DNA of 64,000 nucleotides from Candidatus Oxydemutatoraceae bacterium (lineage in GTDB: Bacteria; Pseudomonadota; Gammaproteobacteria; Poriferisulfidales; Oxydemutatoraceae). A program made the translations under genes and the position numbers. The stretch lies in the NCBI GenBank assembly GCA_965218975.1, contig OZ244717.1:128001-192000 (forward strand), read 5' to 3'. This document shows positions 1-11,600 of this stretch, in pieces (position 1 is the first letter of the stretch; every line of letters begins with the position of its first letter). Under the pieces are notes generated by a model, which had not been told where the DNA came from, searched no databases, and worked only from the letters and a program-made list of their open reading frames with translations.

Positions 1-50
1 ACAAATTATAATCGGCTTATGCCTACCTGACACATCCTATCTCTCGTTGG

Positions 51-2258
51 TTACTCTAATTCCATCGGATCAACATCAACATGCCATGTTGTTCCTCGCG
101 CTGCACGTAATTGCAATATTTCCGCCATTCCTTTGGAAAGACAACGATTTAATGTGAACCTTTGTTCAGCACTGAGCATCAGTTGAGCATGGTAAACACC
201 TATCTTTTTTTCGGTCGGAGCCGGTACTGGCCCGAATAACTCTACTTTAGGCAATTGATATTTGTGCACAATTGTAGCAACTTCTTTTAGAAAACACTGC
301 GGCGCAAACTCATCTTTCGATTCGGCACGAAACACTGCCAAATAACGGTACGGCGGCATCTGATTCAGATGCCGTTGCGCTAGTAGAGTTTTAGCGAACT
401 GATGGTAGTTTTGGCGTATTAAGCATTGCAGCGCTACATTGTCGGGATGATAGGTCTGCAATGCAACTACTCCAGGTCGCTGCCCGCGCCCCGCTCGCCC
501 CGATACCTGAATAATCAATTGTCCCAACCGCTCTAATGATCTGAAATCAAAAGCAAATAATCTTTGGTCAACGTTAACAATGCCAATTAAGGTCACGTCG
601 GGAAAGTGGTGTCCTTTTGAGATCATCTGCGTACCAACCAGAATTTTTGCATCCCCTGAACGTATCGCTTTCAAATATTTTTCCAACTCACCTTTGCGTC
701 GAGTCGTATCAGCATCAATTCGCACGATTTTAGTTGCGGGAAAAATTTGCCGTAACTCCCGTTCAATACGCTCGGTGCCAAACCCTATCATTTTCAGGCA
801 ATCACTTCGGCAATTCGGACAACAATCAGGACATAGCTGTTTATATTCGCAGTGATGACAATATAGATTATTTTTTGACAGATGGTACGTTAGAGGAAGA
901 TCACACCGCGGGCATTCGATCACCGTGCCGCAATCATGGCACAAAAATTTTGGCGCGTAACCTCGCCGATTTAAAAACAATAGTACTTGTTCGTCACGTT
1001 CAAGACAACGTCGCATCATCTCAATCAAACGCAGCGATAAACCTGCGGTTAAAGGCTGACCGCGTATATCCAATACTCGATATTGCGGTAGTTGCGCCCC
1101 GCCGACGCGATGACTAAGTCGGTGCCACCGGTAACGTTTTTCCAATACATTATGCAGCGACTCTAACGACGGCGTGGCGCTGCCCAAAATAATCGGGATA
1201 TCAAGCAGCTGTGCACGTTTGATCGCAAGATCGCGCGCGTGATAGCGTAATGTATCCTGTTGTTTATAAGATAAGTCATGCTCTTCATCAACCACTATCA
1301 ACCTCAAATCATTACAGGCCGTAAATACAACCGAGCGAGTACCAATAATAATTTTTACTTCGTTGAGCATGGACTTGCACCATGAACGGAAACGATGTCG
1401 GTCGCTTAAACCGGAATGTAAGACAGCGACCACCGAACCGAATCTCTCCCGGAATTGCCGCACTGTTTGTGACGTCAAACCAATTTCAGGTACCAATACC
1501 ATCGCTTGTCCGCCTTCGGAGATAATCCGCCGAATCAACTGTAAATAAATTTCAGTCTTGCCGCTGCCGGTAACCCCTTCAAGCAAATGACACGAAAATC
1601 GCCCTAACGATTCTCTTATTTTCCGAACCGCATCGGCTTGCTCGTCATTCAACGTATGATGTTTTGCCGTTGGTACAACAGTATCGTCGCGCACTTGCGA
1701 TTCGGTACAATAAACCAATTCTTTCCGTATCAATTCGCGTAAAGCGGAACGCCATCCGGGAAAATTTGCACGCAATGCTGTTTCATCCGACGATTGATCA
1801 CGTAAAAACTCAAATAGCGCCTTCTGTTTTTTAGCACGCTTCAGTAAATCCTTGCCCGTATCAACTGTGTTTTGCGCATGCCAAACTCTGATAAAGTTTT
1901 TAGTAATCGCGTTACCTTGTCGCAGCAGACGCGGCAATGTTGTATGCAGTACTTTACCAATCGGATAATGATAGTATTGTGAAGCCCAGCGCAATAACTG
2001 CAACAAATGATCGGAAAATATTGGGCCCGAATCAACGACTTCTTCAATTGTACGCAATTTCTCAACGGCAACTTCCGCTTGCTGTACATGCGCCATCACG
2101 ATACCTACACGCCGTTGATTTTGTAGGTGAACCCGAACACGCGCTCCCACTATCGGCACCGCACCCTCTTCCAGCGGCAGATAATCCAAATACCGGTCTA
2201 AAGGTGCGATAACCGCAACTCGCAAAATGAGAGGCATTGATTGTACTGATTTTCCCAT
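51..2258 (-). CDS. priA: Primosomal protein N' (replication restart helicase)
   Basis: GVTGSGKTE Walker A, DEEH, LGSATPS, two Cys-rich Zn motifs (CHDC/CPRC/CHHC/CPNC), QVSGRAGR, C-terminal DVDP. Confidence 0.97.
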   Translation of the reverse strand: MGKSVQSMPLILRVAVIAPLDRYLDYLPLEEGAVPIVGARVRVHLQNQRRVGIVMAHVQQAEVAVEKLRTIEEVVDSGPIFSDHLLQLLRWASQYYHYPIGKVLHTTLPRLLRQGNAITKNFIRVWHAQNTVDTGKDLLKRAKKQKALFEFLRDQSSDETALRANFPGWRSALRELIRKELVYCTESQVRDDTVVPTAKHHTLNDEQADAVRKIRESLGRFSCHLLEGVTGSGKTEIYLQLIRRIISEGGQAMVLVPEIGLTSQTVRQFRERFGSVVAVLHSGLSDRHRFRSWCKSMLNEVKIIIGTRSVVFTACNDLRLIVVDEEHDLSYKQQDTLRYHARDLAIKRAQLLDIPIILGSATPSLESLHNVLEKRYRWHRLSHRVGGAQLPQYRVLDIRGQPLTAGLSLRLIEMMRRCLERDEQVLLFLNRRGYAPKFLCHDCGTVIECPRCDLPLTYHLSKNNLYCHHCEYKQLCPDCCPNCRSDCLKMIGFGTERIERELRQIFPATKIVRIDADTTRRKGELEKYLKAIRSGDAKILVGTQMISKGHHFPDVTLIGIVNVDQRLFAFDFRSLERLGQLIIQVSGRAGRGQRPGVVALQTYHPDNVALQCLIRQNYHQFAKTLLAQRHLNQMPPYRYLAVFRAESKDEFAPQCFLKEVATIVHKYQLPKVELFGPVPAPTEKKIGVYHAQLMLSAEQRFTLNRCLSKGMAEILQLRAARGTTWHVDVDPMELE

Positions 2259-2360
2259 AGTCGCTATCTAGTTACTTAAGCTGATATCAAATGACATATC
2301 CTATAGATAAATTGCGGATACTTGGCCATTATTGTCTTTAGCGCCTATATTTTTCGTAAA

Positions 2361-2381
2361 TGTGGATAACTCTGTGGGTAA
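2361..2381. promoter_or_regulatory. Tandem DnaA boxes upstream of priA
   Basis: TGTGGATAA (perfect reverse complement of TTATCCACA) at 2361-2369 and one-mismatch TGTGGGTAA at 2373-2381. Confidence 0.55.
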
Positions 2382-2725
2382 TCTGTTATTATTTCCCCGA
2401 TAGTTTGGCGAGAGCAAACATCATTGAGGCAGTTGATCGATAGACTTTGCCATAGTATATATAAAGTATGGTGGAAATCTTTCGCTTTACCGGCAGACTA
2501 TAGTAAATGTGGGCAATATTACCACTTACTACCTTTATAAATCATATAGCTAATGAATATAAAAAATAAGCAGCTTTTTCCGCAGAATATTGTACTCGGT
2601 TTGACTGACGCAGATACAGCAAATGGATAATTAAAGTTTTAATAAACTCAAAATGGTCGACAAAAAACAACATTTTTCGGTATGATGAATGCAATAAACC
2701 ATAGCCAAGCAGAGAGGTTTTTTTC

Positions 2726-3310
2726 GTGTACAACCGATTAGATCAATGGATTCTACGCACCAATAATGCCGGGATGCCGCTTGAGTGGGTCACCTATCGC
2801 AATGCGGTTAAGTTTCATTATACCGGTCGGGTTGCTTATAATTTCGGCAAGCTACTGTATAAGATCCGCGGCGGAATCAATGCAGTCAGCCGGCAACAGA
2901 GCATGATAGAACTTTACTCAATCGTTGCGACCCACGGCGATACATCGAACTTACATAAGTACTATACGCCACCGCTAAATAGCGGGACGCTATTTCGCCG
3001 CGATTCATTTATCTGCATGTACTGCGGCAATCATTTCAGCCGCAGCAAACTTTCGCGCGATCATGTGATACCGCTAAGCGCCGGTGGTAAAGACGAATGG
3101 AAAAATGTTGTAACTGCGTGTCGGACTTGCAATAATCGTAAAGCAGGTAAAACACCGGAAGCTGCCGGTATGCAACTGCTTGCAGTACCGTTTGCCCCGA
3201 CTCGTGCCGAGTACGTTTATTTGCAATCGCGCAATATTCTAGCCGATCAGATGGAATTTCTGAGAAACTATTTTCCAAGAAGCAGCCGCCTCCATAATCA
3301 CCGGCACTAA
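2726..3310 (+). CDS. HNH endonuclease
   Basis: RRDSFICMYCG...SRDHVIPLSAGG...NVVTACRTCNNRK (McrA/HNH motif). Confidence 0.88.
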   Translation: MYNRLDQWILRTNNAGMPLEWVTYRNAVKFHYTGRVAYNFGKLLYKIRGGINAVSRQQSMIELYSIVATHGDTSNLHKYYTPPLNSGTLFRRDSFICMYCGNHFSRSKLSRDHVIPLSAGGKDEWKNVVTACRTCNNRKAGKTPEAAGMQLLAVPFAPTRAEYVYLQSRNILADQMEFLRNYFPRSSRLHNHRH

Positions 3311-3325
3311 GTATCCGGCCCACCT

Positions 3326-4414
3326 GTGCCATTTCAAGGAAAAAGTGACTATCGCCATGACAGTATTCCCCACACAGGCCTGCTGTTAGTCAACCTCGGC
3401 ACTCCTTCGGCGCCGACCGCATCGGCGATTCGTAGTTATTTGAGGGAATTCTTATCGGACCGCCGTGTCATTGAGATACCGCGTTTACTATGGTTGCCGA
3501 TTCTGCACTTATTCGTTCTACCGTTAAGACCAAAACACCTTGTCCGCGCATATAAGAAAATATGGCTGGAAGACGGCGCACCGTTGCTAGTCTATACGCG
3601 CAAACAAGCAGAAGCCCTTACACAAAGATTATATCAAAACGGTATGGATAAAATCATTGTACAAACCGCAATGTGTTACGGCGACCCAAGTATTAGCGAA
3701 GGGATCAAAGTACTTAAAGAAAACAATATTCGGCAACTACTAATATTACCGCTTTATCCCCAGTATTCGGCGACCACGACCGGGGCCGTATTTGATATTG
3801 TCACGCAAACTTTGCGCGATTACCGCTGGCTTCCGGAAGTCCGTTTTATTAACCAGTACTATGACCACTCGCAATATATCCACGCTTGTGCCGAACAGAT
3901 TCGCCGGTATCGTGATCATGCTAATTCCAAACGTAAATTACTGTTTTCATTTCATGGTTTGCCACACCGTAACCTACTTGCGGGAGACCCGTATCATTGT
4001 CATTGCCATGCAACCGCGCGATTGATTGCAGACGCATTGAGTTTACAGCGAGATGATTGGATCATTAGCTTCCAATCCCGCTTCGGGTACGCTGAGTGGC
4101 TGAAACCCTACACCGATGAAACATTAAAAGCATTGCCCGGAAAAGGAGTTACTGAAATTGATATTTTTTGTCCGGGTTTTGCTGCCGATTGCCTTGAAAC
4201 ATTGGAAGAAATCGCAGTTCAGAATCATGGATTTTTTATGGCAGCGGGGGGGGAAGATTTCAATTACATTCCGGCGCTCAATGACTCGCAACCGCATATC
4301 GAATTCTTGGCTCAATTGGTACGCCAACATTTATCGGGATGGAATATTAATCCTAACAATGCGAGCGAACGCCGAAAAATCCGTGAACGCGCACTTACTT
4401 GCCATGGGCGCTAA
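3326..4414 (+). CDS. hemH: Ferrochelatase
   Basis: LLVNLGTP, LPLYPQYS, FSFHGLP, FQSRFG..EWLKPYT, CPGFAADCLETLEEI. Confidence 0.97.
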   Translation: MPFQGKSDYRHDSIPHTGLLLVNLGTPSAPTASAIRSYLREFLSDRRVIEIPRLLWLPILHLFVLPLRPKHLVRAYKKIWLEDGAPLLVYTRKQAEALTQRLYQNGMDKIIVQTAMCYGDPSISEGIKVLKENNIRQLLILPLYPQYSATTTGAVFDIVTQTLRDYRWLPEVRFINQYYDHSQYIHACAEQIRRYRDHANSKRKLLFSFHGLPHRNLLAGDPYHCHCHATARLIADALSLQRDDWIISFQSRFGYAEWLKPYTDETLKALPGKGVTEIDIFCPGFAADCLETLEEIAVQNHGFFMAAGGEDFNYIPALNDSQPHIEFLAQLVRQHLSGWNINPNNASERRKIRERALTCHGR

Positions 4415-4436
4415 AAACTAAGGACATCTACTATCA

Positions 4437-5339
4437 TCAGCTAGCGACTCGCAAGTTTTTAATACACTTCTCAAAGCGTCTTTTATAGTACTCACGGAAA
4501 CTTGCCGTAACGCTCAACGATTCAAATCCGGATAAATCAGGTTGCCGAATCGTCATATCAACGGACTCCGATAACGGCACATCACAAACAATCCGAGTCA
4601 GACGACGAGATAAAAGGAGCGTTTCGGCATGTTCTGAAATCAATCCTGAAATACGGCTCGCGCCACGCAATCCTTCAACTTTTTCAACCGAATCTAAGTT
4701 GTTCAACAAATTTTCTATGGTGCCGAAATAATTCAACAACTTTGCCGCACTCACGACGCCTATTCCGGGAATACCGGGAATGTTATCAACACTATCACCG
4801 GCAAGCGCAAGCCAATCCGGTATCTGCTCCGGCAGTACGCCAAAGTGCGCTTTGACATCCTCCGAACGAAAACGGCGACGTTTTGTATAATCCCACCATA
4901 TATCATCCGTTTGAATAAGTTGCGCCAAATCCTTATCGCTTGAAACGATGATGACTTGCAGTCCGCGCTTTTTTGCATAAACCGCCAAAGTGCCAATCAA
5001 ATCATCCGCCTCATAATGGTGATGCGCGATCTCAAGAATACCGAGTGCACGGATTAATTCGCGACATTGCACTATCTGTCTCTTTAATTCGATCGGTGCA
5101 GGTTCACGATTTTCTTTATATGGAGGATAAATCTCGTTACGGTAGGAATGTTCAAGACTTTCATCGAAAACAAATGCGATATATTGCGGCTTTACTTCAT
5201 CAAGAAAACGTGTAGTAAAATCAAAGAAGCCGCGCAAGGCATTGATCGGATGCCCCTCATGATTTACCCAGCTATCCGGCATCGCAAACCAAGCGCGAAA
5301 AATATAAATGCTGGCATCAACCAGATAAACCTGTGACAT
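4437..5339 (-). CDS. Stand-alone 5'-3' exonuclease / flap endonuclease (PolI N-terminal, Xni-like)
   Basis: LVDAS, YKENR, YEADDLIGTLA, SSDKDLAQL, LAGDSVDNIPGIPGIG. Confidence 0.9.
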   Translation of the reverse strand: MSQVYLVDASIYIFRAWFAMPDSWVNHEGHPINALRGFFDFTTRFLDEVKPQYIAFVFDESLEHSYRNEIYPPYKENREPAPIELKRQIVQCRELIRALGILEIAHHHYEADDLIGTLAVYAKKRGLQVIIVSSDKDLAQLIQTDDIWWDYTKRRRFRSEDVKAHFGVLPEQIPDWLALAGDSVDNIPGIPGIGVVSAAKLLNYFGTIENLLNNLDSVEKVEGLRGASRISGLISEHAETLLLSRRLTRIVCDVPLSESVDMTIRQPDLSGFESLSVTASFREYYKRRFEKCIKNLRVAS

Positions 5340-5347
5340 CGCTCCCG

Positions 5348-6841
5348 CTACCGGACTGTTTTAATAACTTGCCCGACTTCCAAAGCGCCTTCCGGGTACA
5401 TTCCATTGATCAACCTTAAAAGATCTTCTTTATGATGCGGGAATGAAGTGTCTTGGGACAAGCTGGAAAATGTATCTCCTCCCTTTACAGTAATTAATTG
5501 TACTCTCATTGGTTGCGCCAGCACATATTCGTCTTCTCTTAAGGCGCGCAAACTTTTCATTGTCTCAAGAAAAGCAAAGTCATTGTCAACAAACTCGCTT
5601 GGCTCTTTTGCCACTGCCAAAAATTTAAAGACTTTATTGCGGAAAAATAACACTCCAATACGTGACCTTTTATAACCGTACGGCGTGCCAATCCTTTTCA
5701 GGACCGCGGTCTGCCCCGGCAACTCTGCATCTAACGCCATTGAGGTCCCTTGCTCAAAGCCTTTGAACCTCATCTCTAAAAATTCCTCGGGCGTTTGCTT
5801 ACGGTTTCTGTCCTCGACTTGTAGCAAAATCGTTGATGTATTTTTCAGGTTAGTCACGACAAATTGCGATGGGGAATTTCGCGTCAGCCAGTTTCCCGGG
5901 AAAGTGAAAGTAATACCAAGGTCCGCATGATAAAAGTGATTATTCCTAACAACACCGCCTTTGCTTAAAGAACCAAAAGTTAATCCTTGAATCCGATCAA
6001 GATATTCCTGTCGTTTAATTTCCGCCGTATTCTCCTCTTGTTGCCGTTCAGCCGCGACGATGGCTGCTTCACGCAAACGTTTTTCGTTATCCGGATGCGT
6101 GGCAAACACACCATGGTAAACATTCGGTCGACGGTTTTGCTCTTCGGCCAACTGTTTCTCAAATTCTTCATGCGACTTCAAAATCCGCAAGACTTCAAGT
6201 ATTTGATCCGGCTGATAACCTGTTTTTGCCAGATATTCGACACCTAAACGATCCGCCTCAAGCTCATTTCCCCGCCCATATCCACGTACAACCGCTGTAC
6301 TAATGAACTGCGAAATATTAGGCAGCAAGCTGCCGTTTTGACTTTGCGCCAGCACTTGCATCAAAATAGCCGCCAGTTGGCTTTTTGCATGCTGCCGTAC
6401 GCTATGGCGCGCTGCTATATGTCCCATTTCATGCCCTAACACCGCCGCAAGTTCCGCTTCCGAATTAAGATATGCCAACATGCCTCGAGTGATATAAATA
6501 TACCCTGGGGTAGCAAAAGCATTGACTTGATCCGTATCCAAAATCGTAAAATGATAAATCAGATGATCGCGATGGCTATATTGAGAAAGTTTTTTGCCAA
6601 CCTGAGCAACATAGGCTTTTAATGGAGGATCATCATATTCTCCGCCATAATATTTGACCAAATGCGGGTGATAGCGTTCGCCCATCCCCTCAAGCTCTTG
6701 TTCTTCGGAAACAAGTACTAAATCCTTTCTACCGGTTACAGGATTTGTCGCACAAGCGACTAATGTCACACATACAAAAATGCTCAAAAGGATAAATCGG
6801 AGATCTAATGAATTATTTTTGGTGAATAAATTCAATCGCAT
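5348..6841 (-). CDS. M48-family Zn metalloprotease lipoprotein with C-terminal LysM-like region
   Basis: Lipobox LVAC, NAFA, HEMGH zincin motif, ELEAD, THP; start moved to ATG at 6841 to reduce overlap with the upstream gene. Confidence 0.88.
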   Translation of the reverse strand: MRLNLFTKNNSLDLRFILLSIFVCVTLVACATNPVTGRKDLVLVSEEQELEGMGERYHPHLVKYYGGEYDDPPLKAYVAQVGKKLSQYSHRDHLIYHFTILDTDQVNAFATPGYIYITRGMLAYLNSEAELAAVLGHEMGHIAARHSVRQHAKSQLAAILMQVLAQSQNGSLLPNISQFISTAVVRGYGRGNELEADRLGVEYLAKTGYQPDQILEVLRILKSHEEFEKQLAEEQNRRPNVYHGVFATHPDNEKRLREAAIVAAERQQEENTAEIKRQEYLDRIQGLTFGSLSKGGVVRNNHFYHADLGITFTFPGNWLTRNSPSQFVVTNLKNTSTILLQVEDRNRKQTPEEFLEMRFKGFEQGTSMALDAELPGQTAVLKRIGTPYGYKRSRIGVLFFRNKVFKFLAVAKEPSEFVDNDFAFLETMKSLRALREDEYVLAQPMRVQLITVKGGDTFSSLSQDTSFPHHKEDLLRLINGMYPEGALEVGQVIKTVR

Positions 6842-7619
6842 TAGGATGGCGCACTTGTAAAACTCTTTCTTGAAACCGTCGGTTATTATAAACCCAGCCC
6901 CGTGCATATAAGCAAACCGGCGCCGAAGCGTTTTTTATGCTATGAAGCAAGCGCCGGAGGTAGGATTGAATATCGTCATTGCTCATTTTAAGCACGAATT
7001 TATCCGCCAGACGTAAAAGAACCGATTGCCGCGCATGATGTATCTCTTGCACACAGCCGCGTACACGCATAAAACCTGTTCGCCGAACATCCTCTGCCTT
7101 AAACGGAGCAAAGTATTTATGCTGCCAAATTCCAGCCTTTTTTTGGCGCGCTCTCTGTTCGGCAGCCTGATAGCATTCATGGTGCTTTAGATTCGGCGGA
7201 ATAGTAATTGCATAACCGTACCCCGCGGCGATCAACCCAGCCGCAAGATTACTCCGATCAGGTGAAAACAAATGTGCGAGACGACGCTCATAACGATCAT
7301 GCTCCCTGCTATCGGATTCAAGATAGACTCTTTTCCCCGTCAGCTGTCGGCGCAGCATGTTGCGCGCCGATATCCCCAGCGGTTCGCCCGGTCTATCGCG
7401 TGCCGCAATTTCAGGAGTATTCAATCCGATCAAACGAACTTTGTCGCCATTTTCTAACCATATCGTATCACCGTCATGGACATAAGAAACGATCGCTTCG
7501 GTGAGATGTCCGATCGGCGTACAATCGTCTGCAGCGACTACTCCGACACATAGGAATAATAGCAGTAGCAGTGGAAAGGTTTGTTTACTTTTTCCCGTAA
7601 CGCTTGCGGAATTTATCAA
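6813..7619 (-). CDS. Thermonuclease (staphylococcal nuclease family), exported
   Basis: [37 protein letters not shown]; hydrophobic signal-like N-terminus; start uncertain (TTG inside rpmE). Confidence 0.87.
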   Translation of the reverse strand: MINSASVTGKSKQTFPLLLLLFLCVGVVAADDCTPIGHLTEAIVSYVHDGDTIWLENGDKVRLIGLNTPEIAARDRPGEPLGISARNMLRRQLTGKRVYLESDSREHDRYERRLAHLFSPDRSNLAAGLIAAGYGYAITIPPNLKHHECYQAAEQRARQKKAGIWQHKYFAPFKAEDVRRTGFMRVRGCVQEIHHARQSVLLRLADKFVLKMSNDDIQSYLRRLLHSIKNASAPVCLYARGWVYNNRRFQERVLQVRHPNAIEFIHQK

Positions 7620-7791
7620 CTTGCCCGGCGCTCTCTAGTATTTTTTGTTTACCCGTATAAAAAGGATGACAAGCGGAACATACTTCTACCGTCAATTCAC
7701 TATCGGGATAAGTTGACCGCGTCGTGAAACTATTCCCGCAGCCACAAGTAATTTTAACTTCGTTGTATTCGGGGTGAATCCCTGCTTTCAT
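7585..7791 (-). CDS. rpmE: 50S ribosomal protein L31 (Zn-binding type)
   Basis: MKAGIHPEY...CGCG...[13 protein letters not shown]...VDKFRKRY; true ATG at 7791, not the 8013 of the ORF track. Confidence 0.97.
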   Translation of the reverse strand: MKAGIHPEYNEVKITCGCGNSFTTRSTYPDSELTVEVCSACHPFYTGKQKILESAGQVDKFRKRYGKK

Positions 7792-7853
7792 AGTTCGTCT
7801 CCGGATGAAAGAGGCATACATGATAATAAAACACCGCAAAGTACGCAACTTCC

Positions 7854-8468
7854 TGTACGATGCCACCCTAGTGGGATTCTTGAAGAGCTTCTGGGGAAGC
7901 ATTCGGCAGTAACATTCGGATCGGTGCTTTCTGTCCGTTGCCGGCATGAGGACGGTGCAGGGTGAGACGCGCCCGGAAAACCGAACGGTTTTCAGCGGCG
8001 AACGACCCGACAAGGACGTCGGGGCTGGGGTTTATTCGCAGAACTAAGCTTCGTCATGAACGACAAGTACTTTGCCGGGTTGCGGCCAGATTCGCCGGCG
8101 CCTCTTGCGCGGCGCTTTGTCGCAGTCATACAAGGCACCGAGACCAGTGCGGCGATAACGCCAGCGCCAGCGGTACAAAGTACTGCGACCGACCTTGAAT
8201 GCGCTCGGTGACATCCGATCTGTAGTTTCCCCTGAAACAGCAAGCCGATTACCGATCGGCAGGAAACATCGTGTGTGCATTTAGTCCGTGTTTCTCCCAA
8301 AATGAGGGCATCATATTTCTATTGAGCCGTTGTGTTCATGAGCCTCCATTTTTGAAGCAAAATTGGCTCATATAGAAACCTTTGATGCGGTGGCCGATGT
8401 GCTGATATTGCATATCGGTCACCTTTTTATTGAGGTCCGAGAATCCGGTATGTATCCGGACACGCACA
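7854..8468 (-). mobile_element. Degenerate IS481-like element (non-autonomous, copy A) carrying one hairpin repeat
   Basis: TGT...ACA ends; minus-strand fragments MQYQHIGHRIKGFY, WEKHGL and AFKVGRSTLYRW (transposase HTH); collinear with 57253-58367. Confidence 0.7.
7960..8075 (+). repeat. Multi-hairpin repeat, single copy
   Basis: GGGTGAGACGCGCCCGGAAAACCGAACGGTTTTCAGCGGCGAACGACCCGACAAGGACGTCGGGGCTGG...; matches copies at 21.1-21.8, 25.0-25.85 and 57.3-58.0 kb. Confidence 0.9.
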
Positions 8469-8679
8469 CACGGTAAAACCCCCGGATGCGATAGCCTATA
8501 TATTGGATTTGCAAAGCTGCTCCTCCTGTCGGGTGGAGTGCCAAATGTTTCTGAGCTTATGCACGGTATTCGCCCAAGAAACCATCCGTGAATTCCGGAA
8601 CCGATACAGTGCTGGAGTTGACCAAGCTGGCTCCTCATAATGTAAACTTTATGGCCGACCGTAAATAAATGGAGCGTTT

Positions 8680-11600
8680 ATGGATTTCATCCCGGAAGAA
8701 TTGCTACGAGGCCATGAGGATAGGGAGGTTGTTTTTTTCTGCGGCGTAGGTGTTTCCGTACCTGCAGGTTTACCATCCTTTAAAAAATTGGTTGAAGACA
8801 CACTTGCTGATCTGCTACCACTCAAAGAGCAGTGCGAACCAGGTTCCACAGAAGCACTGGCATGGCAGGCATTTGAGGACAAGAAATACGACGAAGCCTT
8901 GGGCATTCTGGAATCCCCTCAGCACGGTGGCTACGAAGCCAAGGATGTACGTGAAAAGGTACGCCGTCATCTGTCAGAGCCGAGGACTAAAACACTGGAT
9001 AAGCACCTGATTTTGACTCGGCTGGCAGACCTTGACACAGAACACGGACGACTCGTTACCACAAATTTTGACGAATTATTCGAGCGCTCACAGATAAAAT
9101 TGAGAAAGCTCGAACAATCCAGCCACCGAATGGATGTGCATATTGCTCCGACTCTACCACCGGCAAAGCCAGAGACATTTAAAGGATTGGTCTATTTGCA
9201 CGGTAAACTAGGAAGTTCCCCAAACAACCGGCAGCTAGTATTAACTACGGCTAATTTCGGCATGGCTTATATGCTTGAAGGCTGGGCATTGCGGTTCGTG
9301 ACCGAGCTCTTCCGGCACTATCATGTCGTTTTCATCGGATACAGTCTTGAGGACCCTACGATGCGCTATCTGGTAAGCGCATTAGCGGCAGCGCGTGAGG
9401 AACGCTCCCAACAATTCAAGGAACCTTACGTCTTTGCGCCTTACAGCAGTGAAGAAACGGCAGGTTTGGACAAAGTCAAACAACAATGGAAACTTAGAGG
9501 CATAACACCAATTCTTTACGACAAAACCAACAAACACCAGCAACTATGGCAAGCCTTAGAAAAGTGGGCTGACAACTATCGTCAGGGGATTACCGGACGC
9601 CGACAGTTAGTGTCCCATCTCAGTCAGCTTCCGCCTGTTTCAGATGAAAATGACTCTACCATCCGAGATATGGCGTGGGCACTCAAAGACACCAACGTTG
9701 CAAGACATTTCGCAGACCTGACAGGGAAGCGCCGACCTATCCCTGAATGGATTATGCCTCTACAAAAGAAGGGGTTGCTGAGTTTGCCCATAGGCCAAAC
9801 CGATGATGGACAACCCATCTTTGTGCCACTGGTCTCATCTCGACAGCTTGCAGATCTTTTTGACTTGAACGAAGTTACATTCCACTTGGGCCGTTGGATT
9901 GCTAAGTGTCTTGACAGTCAGGTAGTGCTGGACTGGGCACTCACTGAAGGCGCAATCTTGCACTCGGAATTGCATCATCAAATCAGAACCCAGCTAGATG
10001 AAAACACGACTCAGCTTCCTCCGGCACTTCACAAGATCTGGCGAATATTAGCGGATGGAAGTTACGCACATATGCTGTCGGAAAGATACACAAATCGCTC
10101 CTATCGCAATTTTACCCATCCCAGTTTGGGGCCTGATGCAACTTTTGCTTTGCAGATTTTTTTAAACCGCCTTCGACCAATTCCAATATTCAAGGCCAGG
10201 CCAGATTTTCTCTGGCGTAAACAAATTCCGGACCCAAGCCGTCCGAGGAATTGGTGTGAAATTGAAATTGAGTTGATTGGGGTTAACGGTGATTATGAGA
10301 TTCAAAAATTTCGTAACAATGCTGAAGACTGGAGTAGTGCCCTGGCAGTCATTGCAGAGGAACTCACGACACGCCTTCGCGAAGCTATGGGCTGGTTTTG
10401 TGAATTTGGCCTGGCTGGTCCGAACGAAGACATCACCCATATTGAATATAAATCCATCAGCCCACATGAACAGAACAAGCATGCCCATCATGCCCATACC
10501 TGGACACAACTCATTGCACTAGCTAGGGACTCATACGACGCTCTTGTTGCTCAAGAAGATCATGCTGCAGCAACACACCTCGTACAACGCTGGCGATCTC
10601 TCCCCTATCCTGTATTTCGGCGGTTAGCGCTGTACGCAGCTACGAAAAATCCCCGCTTAGACGTAGAGTTTGGACTAGATATTCTTTTAGATAGGCAACA
10701 ACCAGCATTATGGGATATCAATATCATGCGCGAACCGCTGCGTTTCCTAAGAAAGCGCGGTCATCAGTTTCGAGAAGAGCAGCTTACCCAACTGACTGAA
10801 GCCATATTGGAAGGGCCGCCAAGGCAAATGTACCAAGAAGATCTCACGGCAGATGAGTGGAATACAGTTCGTGACTACCAGATCCTTTTGCGTCTTTATA
10901 AACTGAAGGAAGCCGGTGTGTTGTTACCAGTATCTGTGCAGAAAACCTATGACCGCATTCAAAGTAGTCTGTCGTGGCAACCAAAGGGTGATCATTCGGA
11001 GGAGTTTAGTTTTTTTATATCTTCTGACACTGCAGCTCTTGGTCCAATCAATGAAAGTAAGCTTGAAAATTTTGGAGAAATGTCCGATGAGCAATTCATT
11101 CAATGGTCGGAAAAGCAGCAAGACGAAGATATTCTTCTTTGGAAGCGTAGTGGCAGCTGGTCTCAGTTTGTAAAAAACGATACCCAAGCAGCAGTAAGGC
11201 TTCTTAAAGCTGCATCGGACAACAATGTCTGGCCGGCGCGCCCTTGGTACTACGTACTGTATGCGTGCGGACAAGAAGGACAGGAAAATGTTACAGATGC
11301 TTTGAAACAAGTGATTGCCAAACTTTTGGTTGATATGCCTATACAGACATTGGGTAAACTGTATCTTCAAGCTGCGAGATGGTTTGAAGGTGTGTGGCGA
11401 CAACTTGACGAGGCATTGAGACGAAAGCTATGGCGAAGAATATGGGACGCATCAATTGAGGGAGAAGAGCCGCAGCATGATTTGGATTTCAATATGGCCC
11501 ATCACCATGCCGGTGGAATCTTGGGGAATATTCTTTATAACGAATTGACTAAGCGCATTCCAAGCATTGCATCCGGTCAATCTCCTGGGTTCCCAAAACA

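Noticed and set aside
7792-8013. N-terminally extended L31 in the ORF track
   Set aside because: The extension is read from IS/repeat DNA; the canonical MKAGIHP start is at 7791.
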